DNA of 64,000 nt from positions 53,632,001 through 53,696,000 of the forward strand of contig NC_087437.1 of assembly GCF_036321535.1 (NCBI RefSeq), in the 5' to 3' direction. Shown here piece by piece: positions 49,601-60,881 of the stretch (its first letter is position 1; each line of letters opens with the position of its first letter). The position numbers and the translations under genes were made by a program. Source of the DNA: Camelus dromedarius (taxonomy: Eukaryota). The notes beneath the pieces are model-generated. The model was given only the letters and a program-made list of their open reading frames with translations. It was not told where the DNA came from and searched no databases.

Positions 49601-49722
49601 ACCACCCGCTCCTCTTCGAGAAGAACATGGTGAAGCACCTCAACCAGGGCACAGACGAGGACATTTACCTGCTGGGGAAAGCCATACTGCCTGGCTTCCG
49701 GAGCATTCGCTGTGGAGCCTAA
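20144..49722 (+). CDS. ST6GAL1: Beta-galactoside alpha-2,6-sialyltransferase 1 (GT29), spliced CDS join(20144..20729,27619..27716,46010..46108,47297..47471,49475..49722), 401 aa
   Basis: Exon lengths 586+98+99+175+248=1206 nt splice in frame (intron phases 1,0,0,1), all at GT-AG sites. The product starts [10 protein letters not shown] followed by a TM helix. It contains sialylmotif L ([33 protein letters not shown]...[14 protein letters not shown]), S ([23 protein letters not shown]), motif III (YYYQ) and VS (HPLLFE). Confidence 0.98.
23968..24148 (+). mobile_element. tRNA-derived SINE (Vic-1-like) with TSD
   Basis: GGAGGGTATAGCTCAGTGGTAGAGTGCATGCTTAGCATGCATGAGATCCTGGGTTCAATCCCCAGTACCTCC plus A-rich tail; TSD AAGGCCAGTGA at 23956-23966 and 24149-24159. 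Confidence 0.9.
24313..24531. mobile_element. hAT-Charlie MITE (MER58-like)
   Basis: Imperfect terminal inverted repeats CAGGGCTCAGCAAACT / AGTTTGCCAGACCTG; internal TGTTCCAATAAACCTTTATTTACAAAAA. Confidence 0.8.
25581..26225. mobile_element. Probable ancient ERV-L-class solo LTR (LTR33/LTR16-like)
   Basis: Starts TGTG; contains CCACTCTCCACCC and CTTCCTTGCCCTCTGG motifs and a C-rich body. Family assignment is from recall. Confidence 0.5.
27619..27716 (+). CDS. ST6GAL1: ST6GAL1 coding exon 2 (second half of sialylmotif L)
   Basis: tttatAG|AC AAT CAC GAT...TCT CAG|GTAAAA; 98 nt encoding (D)[32 protein letters not shown]. Not in the ORF track; read directly from the sequence. Confidence 0.97.
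28520..28770 (+). mobile_element. Old L1 (L1M-type) 3'UTR fragment
   Basis: ATGATTCCACTTA...GATGAAAAACTTCTGGAGATGGATGGTGGTGATGGTTG, typical L1M 3' sequence. Confidence 0.75.
29370..30008 (+). mobile_element. 5'-truncated L1 (ORF2 end + 3'UTR + A-tail)
   Basis: CCAGCAATTCCTCCTCTGGGTATATAT...CATAGCAGCACTATTTACAATAGCCAAGATATGG...; ends in an A-rich tail. Confidence 0.85.
32250..32650 (+). mobile_element. L1 3' end with 5' inversion and (AAT)n tail
   Basis: ~32250-32416 is antisense L1 3'UTR; ~32417-32623 is the directly adjacent sense segment; (AAT)n at ~32624-32650. Confidence 0.75.
34171..37354 (+). mobile_element. MaLR (MLT1A-like) LTR-internal-LTR element
   Basis: Related LTRs at ~34171-34562 and ~36999-37354 (GGACTGAAAGTTT...AATTCATAT.TTGA...GCCATCTGCAAGCCAGGA...GCCTGAGC..AAGA) flank a MaLR internal region; 5-bp TSD ATACT at 34166-34170 and 37355-37359. 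Confidence 0.85.
35804..36876 (+). mobile_element. Young 5'-truncated L1 inserted in the MaLR internal region
   Basis: ORFs 35827-36120 and 36114-36413 translate as L1 ORF2 C-terminus (EWEKIFAN..., [30 protein letters not shown]); AATAAA at 36854-36859; TSD AGACTTTGGA at 35794-35803 and 36877-36886. Confidence 0.92.
40078..40120. repeat. 17-bp tandem repeat x2.5 (TTTGTGGTGGGTTTCAA)
   Basis: Exact copies at 40078-40094 and 40095-40111, partial copy at 40112-40120. Confidence 0.9.
40575..40609. repeat. (CA)n microsatellite
   Basis: Perfect AC run. Confidence 0.95.
40615..40977 (-). mobile_element. MaLR solo LTR (MLT1-like)
   Basis: GGGCTGCCATAACAAAACACCATAGG...TTAGGGCTTTAACATATGAATTTTGGGG...ATTCAGTCCATAACA; reverse complement of the LTR type at 36999. 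Confidence 0.8.
41117..41286 (-). mobile_element. tRNA-derived SINE (Vic-1-like), reverse orientation
   Basis: Reverse complement of the same head (GAGGTACTGGGGATTGAACCCAGGACCTCATGCATGCT...GAGCTACACCCTCCCC) preceded by poly-T. Confidence 0.88.
46010..46108 (+). CDS. ST6GAL1: ST6GAL1 coding exon 3
   Basis: ccctgcAG|CTG GTC ACC...CCA AAG|GTAAGT; 99 nt encoding [33 protein letters not shown]. Confidence 0.97.
47297..47471 (+). CDS. ST6GAL1: ST6GAL1 coding exon 4
   Basis: tttttcAG|TGG TAC AAG...ATG CTC G|GTGAGT; 175 nt encoding [58 protein letters not shown](G). Confidence 0.97.
47802..48040. mobile_element. hAT-type MITE (MER96/MER91-like)
   Basis: Terminal inverted repeats CAGGGCTGGGACT / AGTCATGGCCCTG; internal AATTTAAGGGGGCGCC. 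Confidence 0.6.
49475..49722 (+). CDS. ST6GAL1: ST6GAL1 last coding exon (sialylmotifs S, III, VS; stop TAA)
   Basis: ccctccctAG|GC ATC ATC ATC ATG...; encodes [81 protein letters not shown]. Confidence 0.97.
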
Positions 49723-50989
49723 GCTCTCTGGCCAGGCTCCCTCATCCTTCTCCATCGGGCTTTTTACAGCTGGACTCTTGGCCACCGTGGCCTGGGGAAG
49801 ACCGTGTTCCCAGATAATCACAGCCTGCACTCTAGGCCTTCTGGCAGGAGCTCTGGGGCTTCCAGATCCTAAGGGCAGGGACCCAGGCCCAGCCTGAACT
49901 TTTGCCACAGGAGTGTGTGAGCCCAGAGCTTGTCACCCCTCACATGCACACACATACTTGCCACTTCCTTCCAGACACGGTCTGCCCCTCTTCCCGTACA
50001 GGTAAAGGCAGGGTCCGCCTTTCCCACCAGGGCTGCTTTTCCCACCAGTATAATGGCATTCTCACAAACCAGGGCTCCGCAATGCTTGAAATCTGTGCCT
50101 AGACACTGATTTCATGTTGTAAAGAAACTCTCCCAAATTATGATTGTACCCAGTACAGGGTGCCTCTGTGGGGCAAGGATGCTGTACAGGGTCTAGGAAA
50201 CAGGCTCAGTTGCTCCAGAACAAAGCTGCTCCCGGGGCCCATGCCCTGGGAGAGGCAGTGTTCCATCGCTCTGGCAGGTGTGGTGGCCCGTGGCCTGGGT
50301 CCATACAAGAGGAGATGAGACTATAGGAAGAAAGATCTGGTCTCCAGCCTCAAGTTGCTCCCAGCTCAGGTAGGATTCAGTGCTCGGTGAGCTGAGGGCT
50401 TCTAGGGTGGTGGGCTTGCTGTGTGTCTGCACGCAGGAGGGACCGCCCACTTCCTGTGTGGTGGGTCACAGAGGGCTTCACGGAGGGAGGAGGCTATGGA
50501 GTGGATTTTAGAAGAGGAAAACATGTCAATTAGATTTTATCTGAGTCATTTGAGATGTGTTTTCCTTTATGACCCATATTTATTCTCTAAGATCTGCCTG
50601 AATTTACAGGCTCAAGTGATTTTTTGAGGAAGCCCCCTACTCACGTCTGAGGCAGCAAGTGCAGCTTCACAGCAGGTGCCAGGCCAGCCAGGTGCCAAAA
50701 CCCTGACTTCCCCAGGCTCGCCTGGCCTGACCCTTGCCTGCAAGCTACGTGTGTGCACCGCATCCATCTCTTCCTTTTTGACACCCACCCCCAAACCTCC
50801 TCCTAACTGCCATCTCGTTTTTCCCTTTAAAGTAGCCTCCCCATTCCCAAATCACTTTCAAGCCTTTTCCACTTTAAAATATTCTGACCCAATCTCTTTG
50901 ACCTTCATGAGCCTTCTGTGAAAGGTCTCTCAGGGAGTGGGGATGTGGTCCCCTAGGACTTGAAGTCACTCTCAGAGGTCAGAACCTTG

Positions 50990-51031
50990 GGCACTCTGAT
51001 ACCCTGATTCTCACCAGGGTATCAGAGTGCC
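50990..51031 (+). repeat. Perfect 17-bp inverted repeat with 8-nt spacer in the ST6GAL1 3'UTR
   Basis: GGCACTCTGATACCCTG-ATTCTCAC-CAGGGTATCAGAGTGCC. Confidence 0.92.
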
Positions 51032-52204
51032 ACACCCTCCACCCCTCCCGCGAGGGAGGGACTTCAGAGTCTCTGGGCAGGGGGCCTGCCAGCTGTAGTC
51101 TGTCCACACACTTCCTGGACCACTGTGCTAAGTCCCCTCCCCTGACGGGGACCCACACTGGACTGGAACAGGCTTCTGGACCCCTGAGGCTCGCCCCATG
51201 TGCTCAAGGGCCTTGAATGTTTGAGCTCCAAACCAGCCATTGTGGAGCTGGAGTCCTCTTTGGCTGCCAAACCACTGGCTTACACGGGCAGTAGAAAAAG
51301 CCGTGGAGTGAAGAGCCTTGGGTTTTCAAGGTGATGCTCCCCTATTACTAGCTCTGCTACCACATCTGTAAAATGGGTGGTGAGCCTGCCTCACAGGGCT
51401 GTCATGAGGATTGCATGAAACACCCGGCACATTGCTGGTGCCCAGTACATGCTGGATCCTCCCTTCTTTTATTAGGGACCTGCTCTGTGCTCACATCTGG
51501 GCAGCACCCTGCTTCAAAGGAGGCCAGAGATGAGGCCCTTTCCTCAGGGAATTAACTGACCTAGTGGGAGACAACAACTACCCTGCTTGGAACACCCAGG
51601 AAACCAAGGCAGTGGAGGGTGCACAACGTGCCCGTCCTGCTCCCTGCCTGCAGCCCAGGCCTGATCTGCTTGGGGATGGGCAGGGCATAGGGCTACAGGT
51701 GGCCTCATCTCTGGGCCCACGGATTCCTGGCAGTCTTTGAGTCATGAGCACTGAGTGCAGAGGAAGGTGGCATTCCATCATCAGGAGAGAGATGTTGGTG
51801 TGCCCACTGAGACTACACTGGGTAGATGCTAGCTTTTAATTATTATTAAGATAAGGGATCAAATTAATTTAAGTGTGATTCTGAGGGCTATAGGACTTTT
51901 TAATTCTGTGCTTTATATAGAAGCTGGTAAAATACAAATAAGATGTGGACATTATTGTTAGACTGGTTAGATGCTAAATACTGTGATAGATAATTTTAAA
52001 ATTGTGAGTGAGTTCTGCAGGAAAGCCCCTGTCTCTAAGGGGTTCTGTCTCCTTCAGTATCCATCTCTTCATCTTGTATCATGAGGCCCTCAAATCCTTC
52101 CACCAATTAAATAAGCTATTGATACTGGTTTGGGGTTGAAACGTCAATCTCAGAAACATGCCTAAGTGAATTCTGAATGACCCAAAGATTATGTAAAATT
52201 TTAA

Positions 52205-52210
52205 AATAAA
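52205..52210 (+). terminator. Polyadenylation signal AATAAA (variant ATTAAA at 52106-52111)
   Basis: AATAAA followed by T-rich sequence, ~2.5 kb after the stop codon. Confidence 0.7.
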
Positions 52211-52682
52211 TGTTTTTTTAAAAAGCTTGTCCCTCTTTCCTTACTTGCTAAGGGAACGACTTCTCATTGTTAATTCTTGTCTCCAAAGAGGGCACAGCTG
52301 GAATCCTGAATCCCCAAATCCTCCCCCACCAGCTCCTCTGGCCCTCGCCTCTTCTCAGTTCTGCAGGAGGAGGAATGCTTACTTACCATGGCAGGACAGC
52401 ATCTTTGAGATAGCGACAGCTTACTGACTCTTCTTCCTTTTGCTCAGATTCAAGTAACTAACCTGTTGTTCATCCAACACCTCTGGGAAGGGCTGCAGTA
52501 GGGCAGAAAGCAGAATGAAAGGAAGGTCTTCACCTTGGTTTCCAAAAGCCTAAAACCCTTAAAGGAATGATGTCAAGTCAATGATGTCCCCCTGGAATAG
52601 CCAAACTGTTTAGATACAAAACCTGAAGGGGAGCAGGAGTAAGGGGGAGAAAAACTAATTCCTCTTTCCTATGAACTGCCCC

Positions 52683-53102
52683 TGCTATGGGTTGACTATG
52701 TCCGCCTAAAATTCAACGAAGGATGTGACCTTTGGACATAGGGTCACTGCAGAAGTAACTGGTTAATATGAGGTCCTGCTGGAGCAAGGTGGGCCCCTAA
52801 TCCAACATGACTGGTGTGCTTATAAAAAGGGGGAAATTTGGAGGTAGGCATGCACACAGGAGAATGCCAAGTGAAGACAGAAGCAGAGATCGGGGGGATT
52901 CTTGTACAAACCAAAGATGGCCAGTGAACCCCCAGAAACTAAGGGAGAGACGTGGAAGATTTTCCTTCACAGCTCTCAGAAGGAACCAACCCTGCTGACA
53001 CCTTGATCTTGGACTTCTAGCCTCCTGGACCGTGACAACAAATTTCTGCTGTTGAAACCACCCAGTTTGTGGTACTTTGTTATGGCAGCTCTAGTAAATA
53101 AA
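52683..53102 (+). mobile_element. MaLR solo LTR (MLT1-like)
   Basis: TGCTATGGGTTGA...CCCTAATCCAACATGACTGGTG...AACCCTGCTGACACCTTGATCTTGGACTTC...GGTACTTTGTTATGGCAGC. Confidence 0.82.
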
Positions 53103-56100
53103 AGTACCCCCCCACCCCTGCTTGTAACTCCCCAACTACAACAGAGTCCCCTGGACGGGCTGGAAAGGACAGTGAGAGGAACATGGCTGTCTCAGGGCCT
53201 AGAGGGAGGGCTCTGGGCCCTGTCCCCAGCCACAGCTCTTGGAAGGACCAGCAAATCCTTGGAGAGTGAGGCTGAACAGGGCCCAGGCAGATGGGATGTT
53301 AGGCAGCCTTGAAGAGATCCCATGCCTGGAGAGGCAGAGAAGCAGCTGAGTGAACGCCCCTTCCTGATGAGATGGTGAATGTGGGACCCCTGAGCAGTGC
53401 TGAGAGGCCAGATAACACGGACGACTATACTCCCTGACCCCTACACCTAATGCCTTACGGTTGCAAGTTCCCTGGAACTCAGATGTACCAAGTTAGGTTT
53501 CTGCCTGAATCTTAAGAGAATGGGGGCTTAAAATAGGAATGACAGAAAAATAGATTTCAATTAGTTTGGAAACAGACTTGTGCTTGCCAAATTTCCAGTG
53601 GCCTTAAGTCTCTGTAGGCCCTGGTGAGCTGGGCCTTGGGGTGGCACTGGGCTTCTCTGGTCAGGCCTGGAGGGGAGCTTCTGCAACCTCCCCAGGCTGT
53701 CTTGCCCCAGGTTCCTAGCGTGCTACCAGGTATGACAGGGGTGAGGGAGGAAAAATGAGACCCTGGCTCCTCTTGACCACACCAGCCACTCAGAGAAGAC
53801 ATAAGCCACAAAGACGAAGGACAATAGAGAGAGATTCCCCTGCAACCTCCACACCCACCCCACCAAGAGCTCTCCGAACTGACACAAGCCCAGCTCCACG
53901 CTCTCTGTTCTTACAGAATGCGCCACAGCCTGGCCTCGTGCTTCAGCCACTCCACGAACGGCTCTGCAGCCACAAGCAGGAAGGGGAGAAGGTGCTCCAG
54001 GACTCTGCCACCCCCACCCTAGTCCCAGCCCCCTGCTCCCCTGTGGCTTTGGTTTCTACTTCCCCTGTGACCCTCGGGGCAGCCTTCCAGGATGTGCTGT
54101 GATGTGACGGGGAGTGCACTGTGGCCCTAGGAACACTTTCCACTTTATCTGGGGCTGGAATAGTCTAACCCAGAAAATTCACCCCTATGGGCTGGGATGA
54201 TGGCATCAGTTCCAGGAGAGGAAAAGGTCTCACCTGCACCCATGAAACTCCATCATCCAGTGTTTTCAAGCTGCCATCCAGTCCGTCTCAGGACTGACTG
54301 GGAAACAAGTTTATAAAGGGAATAGGGATTCCCTTCAGTCCAGCAAGTGCACAGTGAGCACCACTGTGAATAGCACTGGGAGACAGTGATGAAGACTCAC
54401 AGCACCCGCCCTCCAAGAGCTCAAGAGTCTGGGAGAGTGGGCCTGCCCTGTCTGGGTGTAGTATTATCAGGTTCAAGTGAGAGGACAGAGACAGACACCA
54501 TTCTCTGGAAAGCTAAACCTGGAAAGTAGGGTTATTGCTATTAGGCATGCACTTATGACTACAGAGAAGAAAAATACTATGCAAATGCCAAGTACGAAGG
54601 AATGTATGATCATACAAGGTAAAGCACGATAATGAACTCATAGAAGAAAGATTCATTCTGAAAGAGATATGGGGAGCCTTAATGGGTGACAGTCTTGAGG
54701 AATAGGCAGGAATATCTTTTTTTTTTTTAAGGGAAATGCTTTTTCTGGTTATAAAAGTAATATATATTCATTATCAAAACACAAAATCATAAAGGGGAAA
54801 AGGTCCCATCTCCTCCATCCTATCATCCAAAGATAATCCTACTGACAATGCCCAATTCTATTTTAAAATAGATCTATTTTGTGCAATTAAGACCATGTCC
54901 TTTTTTTTTTTTAATTTAAAAATATATCATAAAAATGCCTCCAGATCTTTAACGCAGCTGGCTGTGTCAGGAACCACCCACCCCAGAACCTGGCTCCACC
55001 CACTAGTGGGCCAACACCAGCCCTGGGGTCCCCTAGGGCCCCTGCAGCCAGACAGCTCCTGACCTGGTCCCACCCACCAGCCACAGCAACAGGCAGGGCC
55101 TGGCAACCAGCTGGATCTGGGACCAGCCGCACCTACCAAACTACCCACAGTAGTCAGGAGTTTTCTTTGTTTCTTCTGCTTGGAGTTATTTGAACTTCTT
55201 AGATATGTGTGTTTATACTTTCAATCAAATTTGGAAAAATTTTGGCCATGATTTCCTCAAACATTTTTTCTCTTCCTCTCTCGTCTTTGGAAATTCTAAT
55301 CACATGAATGGTAGGTTGCTTAATGCTGCCCCATAGCTCACTGATGCTCTTTTTATTTTCTAAAATTATATTTTTCTCCTGTTTTATCTTGGATAGTTTC
55401 TGGTATTACATCTTCAGTTTGCCGGACTTTTCTGCAATGTCAAGTCTGCCGTTAATTCTACCCAAGTATTTTTCATCTGAGATATTGCAGTTTTCATCTT
55501 TCCTCTACCTTCCTGAAAATATAAAATACACTTTTAGCAACTTTTAATGATCTTATCTACTAATAATACCAACTGTTTTATTTCTGGGTCAGTTTCAGTA
55601 GATTTTCCTCCTTTCTATGGGTCGCTTTTTCCTGCTTTTTTTTTTTCAAGTCCCAGTAATTTTAGACTGGATGCCAGATATAAATATTTTCTTTTTGGGT
55701 GCTAGATATTTTTGTAGTCTGATCAATATTTTTGAGTTTTGCTTGGGATGCAAGTAAGTTTCCTGGCAAACCATCTGTTCTTTTCAGGTACTGCTCCTAA
55801 GCTCTTTTGTTTCTCATTTCTCAGGATCCCTGTTCTCTGTTGTCTGACATCCAATGTCTTCAAAACTATTATTCTGCATTTTTTGTAGTTCTTTAGCTAT
55901 TTCATTCAGGAGGGTAAATCAAGTCTCTTCTACTCTCTCTCGGCCAGAAATGGAAGTATCTCTTCATTAAAAGTTGAAGTGAATAAATATTATAGGAGTT
56001 TCCCTTACACTGAATCTGGATTCATTCAACCATTTGGCTCTGTCTCAGAGATGGGAGAAGGGATCCTATGGGTCTCTATTTGCATCATTGGTAAAGAGGC

Positions 56101-57906
56101 TCCAGAAAGGGCCTCATCCAAAGGGGAGGGGACAGAGCTGGGGTGAACCTGCCTCGCTCAAGTTTAAGGGGCCCAGTGGGAGGGGATCAGATGCTGACTG
56201 TCCTACAGCCTGTCCTGTGGAACAGGAGGAGAGGACTGTAGTGACAGTATGAGATGACCTTGTAAGTTCTTATTTCCTGAAACATCTATGGGGTACTGAA
56301 AACGCAGTGTGGCGTGCAGTCTGCAGCCTGACAACAATGAACTTGGTGTAAGGGCTGGCAGCAAGAATGGTTGGTGCCTGGCACTGGCGCTCACAGAAGA
56401 GGAAAAGAAGAAGAAAGTGATGGCCGTCTTGAAGACAGATCCACTTTAGACCAATTCCTCTCAGTCCTCCTTGGGTAGAGCTTTGAGGGGGCTGGAATTG
56501 ACACACTGTAACTGACTACACTTCAATTAAAAAAGAAAAACAAGGTCAAAGCAACATGTGAAATTTGGGGAAGCAAAATGGGCTCTGACAGAAAAGTTCC
56601 ATATGGTTGTGCATGTGTGTGAACAGGCATAGGTCAGCCAGGACGGGAATCAGGGGCAACATTATAGTGGAAGCCGCAAAGTAGTGTGGCTGCTTTGAGT
56701 AACTGACTTTTTAAAGACCTCAGCTACAAAAGGGACCCACTCTCTGCGACGTGAGATCTGGTCTATCTCACTGAGGTGATGAGGTGTGCGTTTGCGTCTA
56801 GTGACAACATCTCTGCCCCGGAGCAGCCTACAGTTGGGCCTGCCCAGAGAGTAAACAGGGTCAGGGCTGAAAGCTCAGGCCCTGGCATCGCCCAAAGCTC
56901 ACACTGTGCTTCCTCAGATGTTTGTTTCTACCTCTTGCCAAAGAAAGATTGAAGGAGTCTTAAAATAGGTGGGGAAAAGTTACATAAAGCTTTTTATCGG
57001 GAAGCTCTGAGACCCGTTTGTCAAAGGTCTGTCCTGAGGCATGACTAGATAAATGGAAAAGGACCAGTCTCAGGCACAGACACGAATGCAGCTGGAAGTC
57101 CGTTACACCCTGCAGCTTAGGTTGAGATAAAGGCTGTGAACCTTCTTGAATCTCCGTGGAAGCAGATCAAAAGGGAAGTATCTGCTAGGTCTTTACATGA
57201 ATACCTTTTTTTCCCAACAGGAAATATCCCATTCTTGGAACATACTGCACAGGGAAAGCGGGTGGCCTTGGCAGCACTGAGTAAGAAAGCCGTATTCAAC
57301 CGAGAGTTCCGGGCGAAAGCACAAACACAGAGAAGCCCTTTTACAATAAAGCCATCCAACTGTAGTGGCTTATAGTGCTCCAGGCGGTGCTTACCAAGTG
57401 AAGGGAGTTGGCGGTCTGGCCTGTGGTGGCCATGCTGCTCTCACTGTCTGCTATACTGGGCTGGCAGTTAGTAATCTCAGCTTTTTTACCTTCAGTTTCA
57501 GACATGTGAGTTATTTCTCATCAGAGCATGGTGAATTCCATCAGAAGCCACAGAGTGGTATTTCATGTTTACCAGCTGGAAGAACACCAACACTGCCAGC
57601 TCACTACTCAGGAGTGGTAACACTTCCTAAATTTGTCCTTACGTTGAAGTTTCTGCTATTGCCAACTCAGCAACCTTCACAGGACAGACTCTAGTCTAGA
57701 GCTAACGTTCATTTAAAGCTCTTTGAATATAGTGCCCACCAGTCCTACTAGCTGTCTCTTTATACCCTCTTGTTTTAGAACTTAAAATATATTAAATTTG
57801 TTCCTTTATTCATTCACCCATGCATTCCACTGATGAATACTTGTGTGCATACACTGTGCCTCGTTCTGTGACGGACCTACAAAGATAATACTGACAATAG
57901 TGACAA

Positions 57907-60837
57907 GGAGAGTGATGGGACCAAAATGGTGGCATAGGAGACCCCAAACCCTATCCCCCACAAAGACTAATAATTAGAAAGCCGGCCATGAACAAAAATA
58001 GCTCTGGGAGAGTTCTGGATTCCACTTAAGAAATTTTAGCACATGGTGGAACAAAAGCCCTGAGAAAATTAGTTTCATTCTGCCTGCATCATCCTATCCC
58101 CTGAGCTGGCACTTCTCAGTGCCAAGAGGTAACGTCCTAGCTAGAAAGAGTTCCCCTTGCTAGGAAAGGAATAGTGGGGTGAGCAGTTTCTCCAACCTTT
58201 CGGGTACCACACAAACAACCTATTTAGGTTTCACCCTACAGACAGGCGAAGCTGAGATGTATACAGGTGGCTCCGAACAAAAGCAGCCATGTAGCAGGAG
58301 TGCTCACAGTTCAGTGACCTGCTCTGCAGACAAACCCAGTGCCTTTGGCCACTGAATAAGAGCCAATGGCCAGCACAGGTGTCACAGACTCCCTGCAGAT
58401 TTCACCAGCTTTTGTCCTACAGGTGTTTGTGTTCACTGATGCCAGCTGCCTGGATCCCTCCCTGCTCCATCACCCCCTACTAACCCTTGTTCCCATCAGA
58501 GCCTGAGAACTGCACTGGCAGCCAGCTCTGGCATCTGAGGCTGTACTAGTGCGAAACATTGGCTTGGACCCCTGTAGCTGTCCCCTGCTGTGCGTGCACT
58601 GAGAGCGAGCCCCTCCGGTTCATTATTATGATGCTAGACTGACATCCATCGCTGGCCCTCACTGCAGTGTGCACTACTTGTGGGCCCAGATCAGGCCCTG
58701 TCTTATGTCACTGGCCTGAACCACAGAGCTTACCTGCACATGTTTTTCCTCCAGCACCTGTACACCCTCATCAGTCTTCGCTGCAGTTCACACACCCAGG
58801 GGAAGATTATGCAGCCATGAGAGAGCATGCTGATAGCCAGCGCCCAGGAGCTGCCAGTGAGCTTGTAGTTGTCTCTGGCCCTTGCTGCCCGTCCTGGCCC
58901 CCGTCATGTATGTATCTGCAACTGGCTCCTGCCATGACAGAAGCACCTGCTGCTGGTCCCCACAGCTGAGTGTGTGCACACCACCACAATGCCTGCCCTG
59001 GTCCCTAGCTGCTGAACCTGGAGGCACCGCTGAGGACCCCGAGAGCTCTTGTAACTGCTGCATACTCCCTACAGTCCTTTCTGAGGACATACAGTTGTTG
59101 ATGCTGGGAAGCTCAGTGATGTGAGCTGAAGAGACGGTATGCCCCTGCTGGACATAGTGCTGCCACATGGCCCCATACTTGGAACCTTGCACACTAGCCC
59201 TGGCATCACAGTATCCCTCAGTGTACCCTCACTCACAGGCGAAATTTTCCTTACCAAAGTCAGTCCATAAAGTTTGAAAGAGGCCACTGATTCTTCAAAA
59301 GCACAGATACCTAAACAAGGCTACCAGAATCATGAAGAATCAGGGAAACACGACTCTATCAAAGGAATACAGTAAACCTACAGTAACTGGCCCCAGAGAA
59401 ATGAAGATCCAGGAACTGTCTGATGAAGAATTCAAGATAATTGTTCTCAAGATGCTCAGAGAGCTAAAAGAGAACACAGACAAAAAATTTAATGATATCA
59501 GGAAAACAATACAAGAACATATAAGTTCAACAAAAAGATACAAAACATAAAAAAGAACCAAACAAATTTTGGAGATGAAGAATACAATAACTGAACTGAA
59601 GAATTCAACAGAGAGCTTCAATAGAAGACTTGACCAAGCAGAAGACAGAATAGTGAGTAAGAGACAGACTAACTGAAATTATCCAATCACAGGAGCAAAA
59701 AGAGAAGAGAATGAAAGGAGCCTGAGGGACTTACTGGACACCATGAAAAGACATAATGTACAAGACTGGAGTCCTGAAGGAAAAGAGGGGGTAAAAGCTT
59801 ATTGAAAGAAATAAGATCTGTGAACTTCTCAAACCTGGGGAAATATCTGGACATCCAAGTCCATGAAGCTAATAGGTCACCCCAAAATTTCAACCCAAGA
59901 GGTCTTATCCAGGACCCATTAAAACAAAACTGTCTAAAATAAAAGGCAAAGAGAGAATTTTAAAAGAAGCAAGAGAAAAAAAATCATGCAAGAGAAACTC
60001 CACAAGGCTATCAGTGGATTTCTCAATAGGGACCTTGTAGGCCAGGAAGGAATGGGATGATATATTCAAATGTATCTGCTGAGAGAAAGAAATTGCCAAC
60101 CAATAAAACTCTACCCAGCAAAACTGCTTCGGAAATAAAGGTGAGATAATGACTTTCCCTAATAAACAAAAGCTGAAGGAATTCATCACCACTAAACCTA
60201 CTTTATAAGATAAGCTGAAAGAAGTCCTTGAAGCTGAAATGAAAGGATGCTAATTAGTGACATGAAAACATGACAGCATCCAACACACTGGGGTAAAGTT
60301 AAACTTATAATCAGACTCAAAATACTCTAATACTGTAATGTGGTGGTGTGCTAACTACTTAAGTCTACTTAACTACTTAAGTATAAAGGTTAAAGGACAG
60401 AAGTATTAAAAATAGCTATAGCAACAATTTGTTAATAAATACACAATATAAAAAGATGTAAATTGTGACATCAGAAACATAAAAGCAGAGAGTAAAAGGG
60501 TAGAATTTTGCACGCTGTTGAAGTTAAAATGCTTATCAGCATAAAACAGACTGTTACTTACATACATAAAATGTTTTTTATAAGCCTCACAGAAACCACA
60601 AGGCAAAAACCTACAGTAGAATCACAAAGCTAAAGAGAAGCGAATCAAAGCTTACCACTAAGGAGAATCGTCAATTCACAAAGGAAGACAGCAAGAGAGG
60701 AAGAAAGGAATGAGGGAACTACAAAACTGTCAGAAAACAGTCAGATGGCATTAATAAGTCGGTACCTATCAATGATTACTCTAAATGTAAACGGAAGGTT
60801 CTTCAGTCAAGACATCAAGTGGCTGGATGGCTTAAAA

Positions 60838-60881
<44 letters not shown>

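Larger units (their letters stand above)
49723..52230 (+). other. ST6GAL1: ST6GAL1 3'UTR (~2.5 kb)
   Basis: Runs from the stop codon to the first canonical AATAAA (52205); AU-rich distal part; contains a MIR remnant at ~51285-51460. Confidence 0.7.

Noticed and set aside
49471..49908. 145-aa antisense ORF over the last exon
   Set aside because: Shadow ORF of GC-rich coding sequence with a non-ATG start; no independent evidence.
56360..56545. Basic mini-ORF (MVGAWHWRSQKRKRRRK) followed by an A-rich tail, suggesting a retrocopy
   Set aside because: The tail is a ~45-bp L1 3' terminus (like the one at ~23200-23245); I found no TSD and recognised no parent gene.
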